Positions 60,290 through 64,000 of a DNA stretch of 64,000 nt are shown here, in pieces (positions within the stretch are counted from its first letter, which is position 1; each line of letters opens with the position of its first letter). A model generated the notes under the pieces. It was given only the letters and a program-made list of their open reading frames with translations. It searched no databases and was not told the origin of the DNA. The position numbers were made by a program, and so were the translations under genes. Origin of the DNA: Torpedo marmorata (Eukaryota); assembly GCA_977017645.1 (NCBI GenBank), contig OZ360247.1, positions 51,088,001-51,152,000 of the forward strand, written 5' to 3'.

Positions 60290-61080
60290 GAGATCCAGGA
60301 GTTCATTTAAAGGGGAACACGGGAGGGCAGAGAGGACATGAAAGGTCTCCGGCTAATAAGATAAAGAGATTCTCTTAGTGTAGAGTAACTCGGGGAGAAA
60401 TGTCATTGGATATGTGGAACCACAGCCTGTGGATGAAGTCTTGAATGAATATATCACATCTATATTAACCATGGAGAATGTCGGAGAAGCTCTGGAATTA
60501 AGGAAAATGAATAATGAGGTCTTGGAACACATCCACATTGCAAAGGAGGAAGTACACGAGGTTTCAAAGGTGGATAAATTCCCAGAGCCTGATCAAGTGT
60601 ATCCTAGGGTATTGAGGGAAGCCTGTGAAGAAAGTGATGGGGTCCGGGAAGAGATACTTCCATTATCGTTGGGCACAGGTGAGGTACCGGAAGACTGGAG
60701 GGTGACAAATATTGTGCCTTTATTTGACAGGGAACTACAGGCCGGTGACTCTAACATCACAGGTCGCAGATTTACATCCACAAAACAATACTTTGTCTCC
60801 TCTCACCAAGCCAATTATAGAGTCAGATTGCCATGTATTTCATGAGCTTTTACCTTTTGGACCAATCATATCTTTTGGACCTTATCAAAGGCATTACTGA
60901 AGCCTATGGAGGCTATGTCAACTACACTGCCCTTATTGACATGCTCAGTCACCTCTCCGAAAAGTTCAACCAAATGAGTCATCCCCATAACAAGGTCATG
61001 CCTGATCAATGCCTGCCTCTCTACATGCAGGTTAATTCTGTCCCTCAGAATCCTATCCCTTGGTAAGCTCTCCTCGGTCT
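60290..61080. mobile_element. Old CR1 fragment with an internal inversion
   Basis: Plus strand EVPEDWRVTNIVPLF..NYRPVTLTS; the continuation ILRDRINLH..FSNAFDKV is on the minus strand. Confidence 0.75.
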
Positions 61081-61844
61081 TTGGCACTTAGCAGCGTGGG
61101 CCATGGCCATGGGTTGTTTGAGGATGTGAGTATTAGCGGGTTACTGCATCTTCTGCACCTACCATCTGCCAGTATTTTGTTGCCCCTTGTTCCTTGGTTG
61201 CCTATAGAGCAGTTTAAATGCATGAAGGAGTTTCCAATGCAAACACACCCTGCATTGATCTTTTCTGATCTACCCAGCTCCTCTCACACACACCCTTCTT
61301 TCCAGCCTCCACCCCTTCAGCTGCCCCAACCACATCTGCCCATCATCCACACACACTTCAGAGGTTCTGGATCCCTTCCCCAACCACTCATCATCCCTCT
61401 CTTCCTGGGTTTCCCGCTTCATTTCTTGTCAGATTCCATAGCTCTTCGCTGTCTCTACTCATTACCTCCCCACTCCTGTCACACTCTGGACCCTTCCCTC
61501 CCTCACCTTACCCTATCTGCCCCCTCATCAGGATCCATCAATCTCCTTTCATCTCCTGCTTCACCACTCTCCCTCACTTCTTTAAAGTGACTATTTCCCC
61601 TCTACTCTTTCAATCCAGCTATCGATTTCCCTCCACAGATACAGCCTGATACGCTGAGTTCCTCCAACAGTTTTTTTTTTAAAGTTGCATTTATTTAGCT
61701 CCTGGATATGCTGGTTAAACTCGTCCTGGTGTTTTCTGAATAGACCAGTACAGCTCAGTTAAGGTCATTTGGCCTGCGATGTTGTGCCGAATATGTAAAC
61801 CTACTGCACAACAATCTAATCCTTCCCTACCTCACACCCATAAC

Positions 61845-62225
61845 TACTGTTCCCTCTAAGCTGTGCGCGCACACACCCGTTTTGCAACCAGCGCACAAAG
61901 GAAATTAATGTGTGCACAAAAGGTTAGTTACCTAAAATAATGTAGTAATTAATAATTATACTTATTGAAAATAATCTCTTAGCTAACTGTTTCTGTTAAC
62001 TAGTTAGTCGGTTAAACAAGTAGTTAATCGTACTTGTATTATATTAAAACATGCCAATACAGTTTTATTAGCCATGAGAGATAGGCTGTGCCAAAATTAT
62101 CTTGAAACAATTTCAAGTTTACATTTGCACAAGCATTCAGTGTGCACACACTTTTGTCACGAAAAAAATTTGCACAACATAAGATTTTTGCACACACTGA
62201 CTACTAAAAATTAGAGGGAACATTG
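61845..62225. mobile_element. Non-autonomous hAT element inside a CR1 tail
   Basis: TIR TGTTCCCTCTAA / TTAGAGGGAACA, 8-bp TSD CCCATAAC (61837-61844, 62226-62233). Confidence 0.88.
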
Positions 62226-63744
62226 CCCATAACCCTCTATTTTTCTTACATCCATGTGCCTGTCTAAGAGTCTTTTGAATGTCCTTATTGTACCAGCCTC
62301 CACCACCACCCCCGGCAATGCATTCCAGGCACCCATTTCCACACCAACATGTCTATTCATGGCCTCATGCACCGCCAAACTGAGGCTACCCGCAAATTGA
62401 AGGAACAACACCTAATATTCTGCCTGACCACTCTCCAACCAAATGCCATTAACATTGACCTCCAGTTTCCATTAACCCCCTCTCCCGAGTCTCTCTCCTT
62501 CCTTATCCCTCTGTCTCCTTTCCTCCAGCTCCCCACCCCCTTCCCTTCCCTCTCCATTCAGAGAGCTACCCCTCCCCCTTTCACTTCTCGGCTTTTTTTC
62601 TTTTCTACCCTTCCACCCATCCACCTATGACCTCTTACCTGTTAGCCTGTACTCCTCCCATGTCCCTCCCTCCTCTCCCCCTCCCCACCTTTTTATTCAG
62701 GTGCCTGCCTGTTTTTGCTCATTTCTTGATGAAGAGCTCTGGCCTGAAACATTGGTTACCCTTTACTTCCAGTGGATGCTGTATTACCTGTTGAGTTTCT
62801 CCATCACCTTTGAGTGTTGCAGTACAATCTGCTGGTGGGAATGCATGAGTGGAAGAAAAAGAATGGTCAACCATTCAGGTCATAACCCTTCATCAAGACT
62901 GAAAGTGTCAAGGGAGGCAGCCAGTATAATAAGGACAGGGTGGGAGGGTTTGGACAGGGGCCAGGAGGGGATTGGTGAACCAGGGAGGGGTGAAGGTGGA
63001 CGGACAGATTGGGAGGATGAGGGATGGAGTTGGGTGACAGAGGCAGTTGATTGGCAGGTGCCAGATGGAGGCAAGAAAAAAAAAAAGTGGGGTCAGGTGC
63101 AGGAAGATGAGCCACACAAGGTGAAGCTGTAGAGGGTGATAAGTGTAAACACTTGTGTGCAGATGCTCCACCTCTTCCCTCACCACCATTCGGGGCATTG
63201 TACTGCCTCTCACATAAAACAGAGGCTGAACGTAAAACGAGCAGGAAGAAGGCTTCATCGGAATGAGATATCCCTCCTTCCTGCACCGTGTCACATCGCC
63301 TGACCCAACCCTCTGCTGTATCGACTGACTAGTGCCAGGAAAATGACTCACTGGTTCCTTGCTGCTTGTCACAACTGGGAGTCTATTCCAAAAGTTAATT
63401 ACTCTTTCTATGAAGAGATTCTTTTGACGGTCCAAAATTAATTCTCATCACTTTGAAATTCTCCCACTCCCACATTGCACTCCTGTTTAATCCTACTGCC
63501 ACATCTTACTCTGAAATAACTCAAGCTGAACTTTTTCTGCCTTATTTAATGGAATATATTCAGCCAATAAGTCCCCTGAGGTCATTAGAGACATTGTACA
63601 AGTGGAATCTTACTTTTATTCATCTGCTAAGCCGACCATAGATTTTCCCTCTTAATGATGCAGATATCCCAAATGCCTCTTCCTCCAGTTCCAAACAACT
63701 CGTAGAATTGATTATAAACAAGTTTGCAAGAAGTTTAACGTGCA

Positions 63745-64000
63745 GTAATGTGTTCAGTTCTGGTCACCTCATTACAGGAAGGATGCAGATGCTTTGGAGA
63801 GGGTGAAGAAGAGATGTACCAGGATGTTGCCTGGATTGGAGAACATGTCTTATGAAGCAAGGTTGACAGAGTTAGGGCTTTTCTCTTTGGAGTGACGAAG
63901 GATGAGAGGTGACTGAATAGAGGTATATAAGATGATAGGGTGGACAGCCAACACCTTTTTCCCAGGGGGATAGTAGCAAATACCAGAGGACATCAGTTTA
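63745..64000 (+). mobile_element. CR1 LINE fragment, running off the window
   Basis: VQFWSPHYRKDADALERV..RMLPGLENMSYEARL. Confidence 0.85.

Overview
Vertebrate genomic DNA, most likely an elasmobranch (shark or ray), inferred from HE1/V-type SINEs and CR1 LINEs. The window holds the last 7 coding exons of MRC2 (C-type mannose receptor 2, Endo180/uPARAP) on the + strand (639-50142). They encode the last two C-type lectin-like domains, a 27-nt micro-exon, the transmembrane helix and a tail ending EKNILVSDMEMNEQQE*. All splice sites are GT-AG and all phases are consistent. The introns are expanded by a 15.5-kb ~27-bp C-run satellite, two more C-rich minisatellites and many mobile elements: a decayed Gmr1-type Gypsy (integrase before RT, tRNA-Pro PBS), a solo LTR, an inverted L1, a Chapaev3-like remnant, hAT and Tc2/pogo MITEs, and CR1, Rex1-like and Tx1 fragments. 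The most striking unannotated structure is a family of Penelope-derived fold-back insertions with 13-15 bp target duplications, a constant one-sided ~35-40 nt overhang and minimal hammerhead-ribozyme motifs. The putative 3' UTR has an 812-bp near-identical duplication around a perfect 43-bp-arm hairpin. All family assignments come from motif recognition by eye; no searches were run.
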